Shown here: positions 24,735 through 49,231 of the stretch, one piece after another
Layout of the letters: each line of letters starts with the position of its first letter
Position numbering within the stretch: position 1 is the stretch's first letter
Origin: the human T2T-CHM13v2.0 reference genome, Homo sapiens
DNA: 64,000 bases
Assembly: GCF_009914755.1 (NCBI RefSeq)
Contig: NC_060941.1
Reading direction: 5' to 3' (one strand)
Program-made: the position numbers and the translations under genes
Notes under the pieces: model-generated
The model's input: the letters and a program-made list of their open reading frames with translations, nothing else
Database searches by the model: none
Told to the model about the DNA's origin: nothing

Positions 24735-24791
<57 letters not shown>

Positions 24792-24995
24792 TCTCTTTCC
24801 TTCTTCCTTCCTTCCTTCCTTTCCTTTCTTTTCTTTTTTCTTTCTCTTTTTCCCTCCCTCCCTCCCTTCCTCTCCTTCTCTCTCTCTGTCTCCCTCCCTC
24901 CCCCCTCCCTCCCTTCTCTCTCTCTCTGTTTTTCTCTCTCTCTGTCTCTCCTGCCTTCCCGCTTTCTTTCTTTCTTTCTTTTTTTTTTTTTTTTT
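24735..24995. repeat. (TGCT)14 followed by a ~200-bp polypyrimidine tract
   Basis: Perfect TGCT run 24735-24790, then CT-rich sequence running into an Alu T-tail. Confidence 0.92.
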
Positions 24996-25165
24996 GAGAC
25001 GGAGTCTCGCTGACTCCCATGCTGGAGTGCAGTGGCGCGATCTCCGCTCACTGCAAGCTCTGCCTCCCTAGTAGCTGGGACTACAGGCGCCCGCCTCCAC
25101 GCCCGGCTAATTTTTTGTATTTTTAGTGGAGACAGGGTTTCACTGTGTTAGCCAGGATGGTCTCA

Positions 25166-25668
<503 letters not shown>

Positions 25669-25670
25669 TA

Positions 25671-25859
<189 letters not shown>

Positions 25860-25899
25860 TCAAAAAAAAAAAAATATATATATATATATATATAATCTT

Positions 25900-27230
<1,331 letters not shown>

Positions 27231-28007
27231 ATAGAATTCTTATTATTGTTTTAAGCCCCTAAATTTTGGGGTAATTTACTAAGCAGCAACAGACAACTAG
27301 CTCAAGCTGCCTGTTATGGGACCACAGCCGTCGCCTTGCTTCCTTAGCTCCCAGGTGAGTGTAGTCAAGATGGAGGCAGATGCCTTCTTGGGGGCCTGCT
27401 CTCTTGGCTGTAAGGGCCTTTTCTTTCCAGTGGCTTGTGGTGAGATGGTCTAACCTGGAGCTGGGGCCAGGGACTCCCTCTTCTGTCTGGTGAAATGGGT
27501 GTTGCAGCTGCAGCCAGGAGCATAGGGAGGCAGAGCTGGGACAGAGCCTGAGCTTGTCCCCTGGGTCTTCAGGTTCTTTCTTTGGTAGTGAGAGTTGAGG
27601 CTGGAGTCTCAGCTGTGCCCTCCCGTGGCCTTCACTTATGGTTAGCTACATGTGGGAAACAGATGTTGCCTATTCACATGAGGGGTCTAGGTTGCCTCCT
27701 GGAAAAAAGAATTCACCCCAAATAAGGAGAGAAAGAGGTCCTCAGCCTTGGTTGGTGCAAACCTCTGGTGCTGGAGAGCAGAGTGATGCGGTTTGTAGCA
27801 CTGGCCCACCGTGCGGGTTGTCCTCTGCTCCTTGGTCCTTAGTCTAAGGAAAGGGAGAGGGGGTGTCAACACTACAACCCTGGATCCCTGCAAGACACTG
27901 GCTGCCCCACAGAGATGCCCCTGTGTACAGAGAGCATCCAGGGGCCATGCGTTTGAAAGACTGTTCCAAGTGAATGCAAGATTTTCTTTTTCTTTTTTTT
28001 TTTCTGA

Positions 28008-28333
<326 letters not shown>

Positions 28334-28866
28334 TAGGCCAGAGCATCCTTTGCCGAAATTCAGAGCCTATTACTCCCAGGCTGGTGAGGCTGATGGCCTG
28401 AGAAGCTAGATTTATTCACTCATTCAGAGCACCTGTTTTGTCTTCCTGCTCTCTACAAGGCCTGGGTCAGCGGGAGGCAGAAAGGCCTCCTTTCCCTCGA
28501 GAGCCTCACTGACCAGTGAAGGAGACAGAAAATCCTAATGATGAGCAGTAAGTGTCATAATAAAGATAAGCCAAGCCAAAAGGCTTAGCCAAGCCTGGCA
28601 GCTTCCTGGAGGAGGTGATGTGTGAAGTTTGCACTAGTAGGAGGTGGCATCAACAGGCCCATGGGGTGAGTGTTGAAAGTTCAGAAAGCTGGGGATGGAG
28701 GGAGTTTGGAGCATTCTCTTTCTCCTTTTCATCTATCTCTGTCCACTTCCTCTTTCCCTTTCCCTGCTTCTCTTTTCCCAGCTTCCCCTCAGTTTGCCAG
28801 GCCCTCTCATTCCAATCTCTGTTCCCAGTTTTGGCCCACTGCTCACCAAAGCTAGGTCCCTAATAA

Positions 28867-29128
<262 letters not shown>

Positions 29129-29429
29129 TAGCCAGGATGGTCTTGATCCCCTGACCTCGCGATCCACCTGCCTTGGCCTCCCAAAGTGCTGGGATTACAG
29201 GCGTGAGCCACCATGCCCGGCCTTCCACACTGCTGTCAAATCAGGAGAGCCCAGGCGAAGAGGCAAACTGGGCCTTTGCAGGCACAAATTCCTGACCTTT
29301 CTGGCGTAGCTACATCCATGTGGCACCCACAGTCCTGAGCTCTGGAGCTGTGTGGAAAGCACACATCATTTGCACATTTTGTTTAGTTTCAAAGCATTAT
29401 TTTTTATTTCATTTTATTTATTTATTTGA

Positions 29430-29537
<108 letters not shown>

Positions 29538-30906
29538 TAGCTGGGATTACAGGTGCACACCACCAAGCCCGCACTCATTTTTATATTTTTAGTAGAGGTG
29601 GGGGTTTCACCATGTTGGCCAGGCTGGTCTCGAACTCGTGACCTCAGGTGATCTGCCTGCTTCGGCCTCCCAAAGTGCTGGGATTACAGGCATGAGCCAC
29701 AGCACGTGGTGTATTTTTTATTTTTATTTCTTCATTTATTTAGAGACAGTGTCTCACTCTGTGCTCCAGGCTGGAGTACGGTAGTGCGATCATGGCTCAC
29801 TGCACCTTCAAACTCCTGAGCTTAAGCAATTCTCCCACCTCAGCCTCCTGAGTAGCTGGGACTACAGGTGCATGCCACCATGCCTGGCTAATTAAAAAAA
29901 AAATTTTTTTTTGTAGAGACAATGTCTTGCTATGTTGCCCAGGCTGGTCTCGGAACTCCTGGGCTCAAGCAATCCTCCCATCTCAGCCTGTCAAAAAGCT
30001 GGGATTACAGGAATGAGCCACCATGCCCAGCCAGCATTATTTTTTTTCTGATTATAAAAGCTATATATCAGGCTGGGTGCGGTGGCTCACACCTGTAATC
30101 CCAGCACTTTGGGAAGCCAAGGGAGGCAGGTCACAAGGTCAGAAGTTCGAGATCAGCCTGTCCAACATGGTGAAACCCCATCTCTACTAAAAATACAAAA
30201 ACTAGCCGGGTGTGGTGGTGTGTGCCTGTAATCCCAGCTACCCTGGAGGCTGAGGCAGGGGGATTACTTGAACCCAGGAGGCGGAGGTTGCAGTGAGCCT
30301 AGATCGCGCCACTGCACTCCAGCCTGGGTGACAGAGCAAGACTCCGTCTTGCGGGGGGGAGGGTGGAAAAAGGTATACATCCCACTGCTTTTTCTTTTCT
30401 TATATTATTACTATGCAAGCGACACACTGCAGAAAAATTAATATACACAGATAAGACAGGGAGGCAGTACAGCAGAGAGGATGGGAGCACAGAGTTCAGA
30501 GCTACATGGGGCACTGACTTAGCTTCCTTGTGTCTCAGTTTCCTCGCGTAAAAAGTAAGTATAAGCTGGTCATGGTGGCTCACGCCTATAATCTCAGCAC
30601 TTTGGGAGGCCGAGATGGGAAGATCACTTGAGCCCAGGAGTTTGAGACCAGCCTGGGCAACATGGGGAGGCCCCCTCTTTAAAAAACAAAATAAAAAATA
30701 AAAAATTAGCCAAATGTGATGTTGCACACCTGTAGTCCCAGCTACTCAGGAGGCTGAGGTGGGAGGATCGCTTGAGCCGAGGAGGGCAAGGCTGCAGCGA
30801 GCTATGACTGCAACACTGAACTCCAACCTGGGTGACAGAAAGAGTCCCTGTCTCTGCCTGCCCCCGCCAAAAAGTAAGCATAATGAGAATTTTTTTTTTT
30901 TTTTGA

Positions 30907-31050
<144 letters not shown>

Positions 31051-31420
31051 TAATTTTTGTATTTTTAGTAGAGATGGGGTTTCACCATATTGGCCAGGCT
31101 GATCTCGAACTTCTGACCTCGTAATCCACCTGCCTCGGCCTCCCACAGTGCTGGGATTCCAGGCGTGAACCACCGCACCCAGCCAGCATAATGATCATCG
31201 CCAATTAACAGGCACTCAGCACATGGTATGTGCTCTGTTAGTGTTTGCTATTGTTATTACTGGCATGTAGTGATAGAAAAAAGAAATAAAGGAAAAAAGT
31301 TTACCTATAGTCCTATGAGCCTGAGATAAGTACACTGTTAAGCCTTTGAGATATAGCCTTCCACACTTTCACTATATGAACATACTTTATAAATATGGCC
31401 AGTTCCACAATGTGGTCTAA

Positions 31421-31747
<327 letters not shown>

Positions 31748-32291
31748 TGAGCCACCACGCCGGGCCTGTGTATGCCTTATTAAAAAGAAATCCAGGGCCA
31801 GGTGTGGTGGCTCACGCCTGTAATCCCAGCGTTTTGAGAGGTCGAGGCAGGTGGATCGCTTGAGCCCAGGAGATGGAGGCTGCAGTGAGCTGTGATGACT
31901 GCTACTGCACTCCAGCCTGGTTGATAGAGTGAGACCCTGTCTCAAAAAAACAAAAACCATTCAGGATCTTGAGACCACCCTGTATCACCCAGAAACTTTT
32001 GAGAGCCTACACCATGCGGGGCATAGGTCATGACTGCTATTTCCCATCATGACCACATGGTGTCGCCATTGAAACCTGGTTGTAACCAGTCCCCAGGACT
32101 TGGTGGTAACGATGCTTTTTGAAATCGTGCTAACCTCAGCGAGAAGGGTTCTAGGCTTGAGATGTCAAGCTTGCTGTTCTCAGGGTTCAGTGGCTGTATT
32201 TCCTGCACACTTTCCACCATCTAGGGTGACTCCTAGCTCCAGGAGGCCTGGGTTAGGACAGCTTCTGACATCTGCCACCTTCTAGATCTAG

Positions 32292-32678
<387 letters not shown>

Positions 32679-32967
32679 TAAAGTGCTGGGATTATAGGCA
32701 TGAGCCACTGCGCCCGGCTACCCTGTGGCCCCTTTCTTTCCCATTCTTCCTCAGAGACAGAGGCAGACTTCCCTGGCACCCACCTTCCCAGCTTCTCCTG
32801 CAGACGTGGCACCGACATGTGACTCAACCTGGCCAGTGGGCTGTGAGGGAGCACCAGCAGGGGAATTTCTAGGGCAGATTTTCCTCCCTAATAAATACAC
32901 ATGAACACATTTCAGGATGAATCTCCTACCTTCTTATATGTGAGACGACAAGCCTCAAGATGGAGAC

Positions 32968-34162
<1,195 letters not shown>

Positions 34163-34579
34163 AAGGCCAACACTATAAAGATTTCAGGGGGGAAAGATGA
34201 AAAACACTGAGTTTTTTATGATGTCATGGAGCCACTGAGTTAATCAACCCTGAAACTGCCTACTTCTTGATTTGCAGTGCAAGAGAACGAATGAATGTCC
34301 TGGTTTGGCTGCTGTTACTTCTGCTGTTACTTGCAGACAAAAGCATCCTTATTGATTCATCACATAAAAGATGACTCCCTGGGGATTTCTGAAGAGTGAT
34401 TCCTGGCCGGGCTCGGTGGCTCATGCCTATAATCCCAGCACTTTGGGAGGCCGAGGTGGGTGGATTACGAGGTCAGGAGATCGAGACCATCCTGGCTAAC
34501 ACAGTGAAACCCCGTCTCTACTAAAAATACAAAAAATTAGCTGGGCGTGGTGGCAGGTGCCTGTAGTCCCAGCTACTCA

Positions 34580-34801
<222 letters not shown>

Positions 34802-35147
34802 CTACAGCCTCAACCTCCTTGGCTCAAGCAATCCTGCAATCCTCCTGCCTCAACCTCCTGAGTAGCTGGGACTACAGGCACACCACCACCATGCCTGTCT
34901 AATTTTTTTTTTTTTTTTTGCAGCGATGGGGGCCTGTTGCCCAGGCTGGTCTCAAACTCCTGGGTTCAAACAATCCTCTCACCTTGGCCTCCCAAACTGT
35001 TGGAATTACAGGTGTGAACCACTGTGCCCAGCCTGTCACCTCCTATTCTGTGAGGCTGGACATTTCTTTTGTTAAAAAAAGGACATAAATTTAAACTCTG
35101 ATGGGAGCCACTCTGGAAGGGTCTCCACTAAAAATCATCTCAAATGA

Positions 35148-35500
<353 letters not shown>

Positions 35501-35636
35501 TGACTGGCCAGTTCACAAGTTTGTCTTTGATGTGTTTTATTATTTTTATCTGAATGGAATTATCCTGGACATGGATTTTGTAGGCTCTTGTTTATTTTTC
35601 ACCATCAAATTCTGAACGTCTTTCAGATCAACATAG

Positions 35637-35960
<324 letters not shown>

Positions 35961-36176
35961 TAAAGTGCTGGGATTACAGGCATGAGCCACGGCGCCTGGC
36001 CTGGAGGTACCATAATTTATTTAACCAGCCTCTGAAGCTGGGAATCTAGAATGTTGTCACTGTTCTGATATTACAATAACCCCATTTACTTTTTTTTTAA
36101 TTGTGGTAAAATAATATAGAATTTACAATTTAGCCTTTTTTTTTTTTTGAAACAGAGTCTTGCTCTGTCGCCCTGA

Positions 36177-36484
<308 letters not shown>

Positions 36485-37085
36485 TAGTAGAGACGGGGTT
36501 TCACCATGTCAGCCAGGATGGTCTCGATCTCCTGACCTCGTAATCCGCCCACCTCAGCCTCCCAAAGTGCTGGGATTACAGGCGTGAGCCACCGCGCCCG
36601 GCTAATTTTTGTATTTTTAGTAGACACGGGGCTTCACCATTTTGGTCAGGCCAGTCTTGAACTCCTGACCTCGGGTGATCCGCCTGCCTCAGCCTCCCAA
36701 AGTGCTGGGATTACAGGTGCGAGCCCCTGCGCCTGGCCTCAATTTAACCATTTTTAAGTGTAAAGCTCAGAGGTACTAAATGCACTCACGTTGTGCAACC
36801 ATTACCACCCTCCATCTGTGAAACTTTTTCATCATCCCCAACTGAAACTCTGTGCCCATTAAGCAATGACCCCATTTCTCACTTGCCCCCATTCAGTCCC
36901 TCCTAACCTCTATTCTACTTTTGGTCTCCGTAAATTCACATATTCTAGTCCAGGCGCCGTGGCTCTCATCTGTAATCCCAGTACCTTGAAAGGCCTGAGG
37001 TGGGCAGATTGCTTGAGCTCATGAGTTTGAGACCAGCCTTGGCAACGTGGCAAAACCCTGTCTCTACAAAAAATGCAAAAAATTA

Positions 37086-37226
<141 letters not shown>

Positions 37227-37233
37227 TCATTAA

Positions 37234-37272
<39 letters not shown>

Positions 37273-37337
37273 ATGGCCGGGCGCGGTGGCTCAGGCTTGT
37301 AATCCCAGCACTTTGGGAGGCCAAGGCAGGAAGATCA

Positions 37338-37592
<255 letters not shown>

Positions 37593-38543
37593 TTAATTAA
37601 AAAATTCACTTATTCTATAAATCTCATATAAGTAGAATCATACAATCAATATTTATCTTTTGCATCTGGGTAATTTCACTCAGCATGATGTCTTCTTTTT
37701 TTTTTTTTTTTTTTGGAGACAGGGTTTTGCTCTGTCGCCCGGTCTGGAGTGCAATGGCACGATCGTAGCTCACTGCGGCGTCGAACTCCTGGCCTCAAGC
37801 CATCCTCCCACCTCAGCCTCCCCAGTAGCTGGTTTTAGAGGTGTGAGCCACCGCACCTGGCCAGTTGGATATATTCTAATGCTGCTCTCCTGGCTAACAC
37901 CTAGCCTCCTTGACTTGCCCAACTCCTGGGAGTTCTGGCCTCAAGAACCCCTCCCTAGTCCCTGACTGGCTCTGAAAACCACCACAGCGTCTCTTTCTTG
38001 TTGGGTAAAGGTGAGGGCTGGACCCTGGAAAGGTCCTGTTTGGGGCAGCAGCTGCTAGGTGGGGGCTGCCAAGGTCCCCACTGCTGTGTGGTTTGCATGA
38101 GTGTGTGTGAGTGGGGGTGTGGGTGCTCATGTGCCCACCTTCTCCTCATGCACTCACACTTGTGGATGTAGCTCTGCCCACTACTCTTTGGCTCTGAGGG
38201 CAGGGGCTGAGAACAAAGTTTCATCTACATGTGCTGGGGAAAACCCCATTATATTTAACACTCACAATACTTCCTCCATACCAAGCATAGTTCTAGGCAC
38301 TTTTCAAACATCATCGTATTCAAGCCACAACAGTCCCATGAGGTGTGTACTATTTTTATCCCCATTTTATTTGTTTTATATTTATTTATTTTCAAGACAA
38401 GAGTCTTACTCTGTCGCCCAGGTGGGAGTGCAGTGGTGCGATCACGGCTCACTGCAGTCTTGATCTCCTGGGCTCAGGTGATCCTGGGATTACAGGCATG
38501 CACCACCATCCTTGGCTAATTTTTGTATCTGTATTTGTATTAA

Positions 38544-38678
<135 letters not shown>

Positions 38679-39164
38679 TAATTTTTACATTTTTAGTAGA
38701 GACGGGGTTTCGCCGTGTTGCCCAGGCTGATCTCCAACTCTGAACTCAAGCGATCTGCCTGTCCTGGCCTCCCAAAGTAATGGGATGACATTCACGAGCC
38801 ACTGTGCCTGGCCATCCCCATTTTGTAGGTGAGAAAATTGAGATGGAGAGAGGTTGAGTGATCTGCCTGAGATCCTATGGCCAGTGAGCAGTGAGTCTAG
38901 CTGCGGAGTACAGGATCTGAAGCAGGATGCGAGACCGCCTGCACGTGCGCATGGATGATCTTGAACTTCCCCTTCATTCACCAACTGTAGACCCCATGTG
39001 GGTGGTCACCGAGACGGTATGCGGCTGAACCAGGCAGTGGATGCCAAGGACCTCGTCATCATCGTCACCACCACAATAACAATACTCTACACTCTGTTTG
39101 TCACATGACAAGCTCTATGTTGGAAACAGTATGTGTATCTATATTAGTTCATCCTCACAATTAA

Positions 39165-39421
<257 letters not shown>

Positions 39422-39749
39422 TGATCTGCCTGCCTTGGCCTCCCAAAGTGCTGGGATTACAGGCGTGAGCCACAACGCCCAACCCATCTTATTATTCTCT
39501 ATCACAAATGAGAACACTGGTTGGGCGCAGTGGCTCGTGCCTTAATCCCAGCACTTTGGGAGGCCGAAGCAGGCAGATCACCTGAAGTCAGGAGTTCGAG
39601 ACCAGCCTAGTCAGTATGGCGAAAGCCTGTCTCTACTAAAAATACAAAAAATTATCCAGGCGTGGTGGCTCACGCCTGTAATCCCGGCACTTTGGGAGGG
39701 CGAGGCAGGCAGAACACCTGAACTCAGGAATTCGAGACCAGCCCAGTCA

Positions 39750-40062
<313 letters not shown>

Positions 40063-40349
40063 CTAAACAAGAAAACAAATGAGAACTCGGAGGCTCAGAG
40101 AGGTTAGAGACTTGCCTGAGGCACACAACTAGAAAGTAGCAAAATTTGATTTTGAATCCAGGCCGGTCAGACTGTAAAGCTCCTACTTTTTTGTTTGTTT
40201 GCTTTAACTTTTTTTTAAAGAAATAGGATCTTGCTGTGTTGCCCAGGTTGTTCTCAAACTCCTGGGCTCAAGCAATCCTCTTACTTCAGCCTCTCAAGTA
40301 GCTGAAACTATAGGCACGAGCCATCAAGCCCGGCTTCTTTAATGTTTTT

Positions 40350-44640
<4,291 letters not shown>

Positions 44641-45089
44641 GTCTTCCCCCCAGATTTAGCCCCCACTGATGAGTTTTGCACACAGGCTGTCTTCTTGTAG
44701 GCAGCCCCCTCTGCTACCTTTGTTTCTCCGGGAAGGACCTTAGATCCTGGGTAGGTGCTCATCCTGCCTGGCAGTCGAGTGCAATGCTGCTGTCCTGGCC
44801 AATGCCCAGCCTTCCTCATTTGCCCCGGCTTCAAGGCATTGGTTCACAGTCCCGTACGGGCAGCTAGACCATCTCACAGCAAGCAGCACTCTGGGAGGCT
44901 CATCTCATTTCCTGCCCTGGAAGCTTCCCTTCCTCACTGCAGCCACTGAAGCTGCAGGCTAGATCAAGGGGACCACAGAGTTGTCCAGTCCCCAGGGTGG
45001 GGGTGCCAGGAGCCCTTGTCCTCCGTAGCAGGTCTCAGAGGCTGACGATGGGGAAATCGCACTGGTGAAGCTGCCGTGGGGTCAGGAGG

Positions 45090-45226
45090 AACCTGCGATA
45101 AGACGCCCAACAGTTAGGGCAGGTGCTTTGAGGTTTGGAGCCTGGGACCCCACAGGAAGTGACTTCGTGCTGAGCTAATGTTGCTTCATCCTGGCGCCAG
45201 TCTCAGGCCAAGAGCTGCAGGCTGGC
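45090..45226 (+). promoter_or_regulatory. SPNS3: Putative SPNS3 proximal promoter/5' UTR (TATA-less, not a CpG island)
   Basis: Unique sequence directly upstream of the ATG with GATAAG (45097-45102), MYB-type CAGTTA (45111-45116) and ETS ACAGGAAGTG (45152-45161). The TSS cannot be determined from sequence. Confidence 0.6.
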
Positions 45227-45425
45227 ATGGCTGGGGGGATGTCAGCGGAGTGCCCTGAGCCTGGGCCAGGAGGTCTGCAGGGCCAGTCCCCAGGGCCAGG
45301 CAGGCAGTGTCCCCCTCCCATCACGCCCACCTCCTGGAGCCTGCCCCCGTGGAGGGCCTACGTGGCTGCCGCCGTCCTCTGCTACATCAACCTCCTGAAT
45401 TACATGAACTGGTTCATCATTGCAG
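45227..45425 (+). CDS. SPNS3: SPNS3 coding exon 1 (M1-A66 + 1 nt; Pro/Gly-rich N-terminus and TM1)
   Basis: ATG in strong Kozak context (ggcATGg). Translates MAGGMSAECPEPGPGG...LCYINLLNYMNWFIIAG, recognised as the SPNS3 N-terminus. Ends at donor CAG|gtgagg; 199 nt, phase 1. Confidence 0.97.
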
Positions 45426-45620
45426 GTGAGGAGGGGATGGCTACCCTGGGCAGTACCTGCTGCTGTGCCCACCAGCCAGGGGCTGCAGATCCATGGTGGC
45501 CTTCCAGCCATCACCCATCTTTCTGCTCCTGGGCCCATCTCTGGTGTTCTCACCTCTAGAGGTGGTTTTCAGCTGTGCTCGAATCGGGGAGGACCAACTG
45601 ATGTTCCCAATCCAGCCTCA

Positions 45621-45934
<314 letters not shown>

Positions 45935-47028
45935 TGAGTAGAGGAGGAGTAGGGACGGGGTTTTACCATGCTAGTCAGGCTGGTCTCGAACTCCTGACCT
46001 CAGGTGATCCACCCGCCTCGGCCTCCCAAAGTGCTGGGATTACAGGCATGAGCCACCGTGCCCGGCCTTTTTTTTTTTTCTTGAGACAGAGTCTCAATCT
46101 GTTGCCCAGGCTGGAGTGCAGTGGCGCGATCTCGGCTCACTGCAACTTCTGCCTCCCAGGTTCAAGCGATTCCTATCTCAGCCTCCCGAGTAGCTGGGAC
46201 TACAGGCGCATACCACCATGCCAGGCTAGTTTTTGTATTTTTAGTAGAGACGGGGTTTTGCCGTGTATGCCAGGCTGTCTCGAACTCCAGACCTCAGGTG
46301 ATCCGCCTGCCTCGGCCTCCCAAAGTGTTGGGATTATAGGCATGAGCCCCTGCGCCCAGCCGAAACTCTGTCTCTATTTAAAAAATTAAAAATATTTTAG
46401 GGCTGGGTGCGGTGGCTCAGGCCTGTAATCCCAGCACTGTGGGAGGCCAAGGTGGGCGGATCACTTGAAGTGAGGACTTTGTGACCAGCCTGGGCAACAT
46501 GGTGAAACCCCGTCTCTACTAAAACTACAAAAATTAGCCGAGCATGGTAGCGGGCACCTGTAATCTCAGCTACTGGGGAGGCTGAGGCAGAGAATTGCTT
46601 GAACCTGGGAGGTGGATGTTGCAGTGAGCCGAGATCCCACCATTGAGCCAAGATCCCACCATTGCACTCCAGTCTGGGCGACAGAGCAAGGCTCTGTCTC
46701 AAAAAAAAAAAAATAAAAAATAAAAAATAAATAAATAAATAAATATTTTTTAAAAATTAAGGGAGGGCACAGTGGGGGTGGGGCCAGAGACATAATGAGG
46801 GGTGGGTGGGTGAGGACAGCAGGCAGGACTTCCAGGCAGAGGCCCCCAGGTTCTAGGTGGAGGACAGGGTAGCCTGGGCCAGACAAGAATAGCTCCTGCT
46901 GGCTGTGTTTCTAGGACAACAGGCTGCTTGCAAACCTCACACGTCCTGCCTTCCTTCTTGCAGGCTTCAGGGCTCAACCTGCTCTGTCTTCTGTCACTCA
47001 TTCACTAACTCACTCACTCATTCATTCA

Positions 47029-47259
<231 letters not shown>

Positions 47260-48600
47260 TCATTCAAGACCGGCTGAGCACCCCCACTGTGGGCAGGACC
47301 CCCTGGTGGCTGCTGTGGACCCAGGGAGGAAATCGGACTTGGAGTTCCTGAACTCAGGAATGACCATCTCATGGGGCAGAGATAGAGGCTGGTTGATGGC
47401 AGTCCTGCGAGGCGGAGAGGTGCGGCCAGACAAGGGGGAGGCACAGGCCGGGCTGGGAGCTCAGGAGGGTGCCTGCAGCTGCCAGGCATCTCTGAGACCT
47501 GGGCATCGATCTGTCAGTTACCAGCTCAGCATGCCAGAGAGTGGCTATGGAATCATGAAACTCTAGGGGCTGCAGAGCCATCCCCAGACCTGGTCATCGT
47601 CTTTGAGGAGCTCAGAGGTCAGGAGCTTCTCCTCACATGAGGTCAGGAGTTCGAGACCAGCCTGGGTAACATAGAAAAACCTTGTCTCTACAAAAAATTT
47701 AAAAAATTAGCCAGGGACAGTGATGTCTTCAGCCTCTCGGGAGGCTGAAGCAGGAGGATTGCTTGAGGCTGAAGCAGGAGGATTGCTTGAGGCTGAAGCG
47801 GGAGGATTGCTTGAGGCTGCGGTGAGCCCTCTAGCCTGAGTGACAGAGCAAGATCTTATCTAAACCCCTAAAGACAAAAAGCCAAAACAAAGCAAAACAA
47901 AACACATGAAACAAAAAACCCCAAAGGGGTGTATGGGGTGAGAACAGAGCTTCTTGGGTGCCAGACTGGGAGCTTGGACTTTCTGCCTTGGGCAATGGGG
48001 AGCCATATAATTGGATTTGAGGCCCTGATGGAGGCAAAATGAGCCAGGGAGTCAGTTCAGAGGCTGCTGTAGTGGATCAGGCCAAAGCTGAGGAGGCCTG
48101 AGTTGGAGTGTGGGCCAAGGGCACGCAAAGGCGAGAAGGGGCAAGAGGTGGATGGGAGCCAGGAATCACCAGTGTGGAGCTCTCTGAACCCACGAGCCTG
48201 GGGACCCGCTATCTCTGCCGCTAGCCCTGGAGGTCCCTGGCTGGGCCCTAAGACCCTGAGTCTTGCCTGTCCAGGTCCCTTCTCCATCAGCACTTCCTCT
48301 GTATGTGCAAGAAAGGGGGCTGTGGTTACTGTGGGGATAGAGACCTGGAGAAGTGAAACCGTGCTGAGCATCTGGGAACTGGTGGGGGTAAACAGCTAAA
48401 ATGTTCTTGCAGGAAACAGCTCTTATGGGGCCAGGGTGGTAGGCTACAGATGAAAGCAAGGGTGGGTGCACGCTTGGCTCTGGATCACCTCTAGAGTACC
48501 ATGGGGCTGAGAGGAGCCCAGGAGGAGAGAAAACAAGGGGATGAGTCCTCATTCCTGAAAATGGAAGATGGGCACAATTTGGAGCATTTTCGTTTAGCTA

Positions 48601-49231
<631 letters not shown>

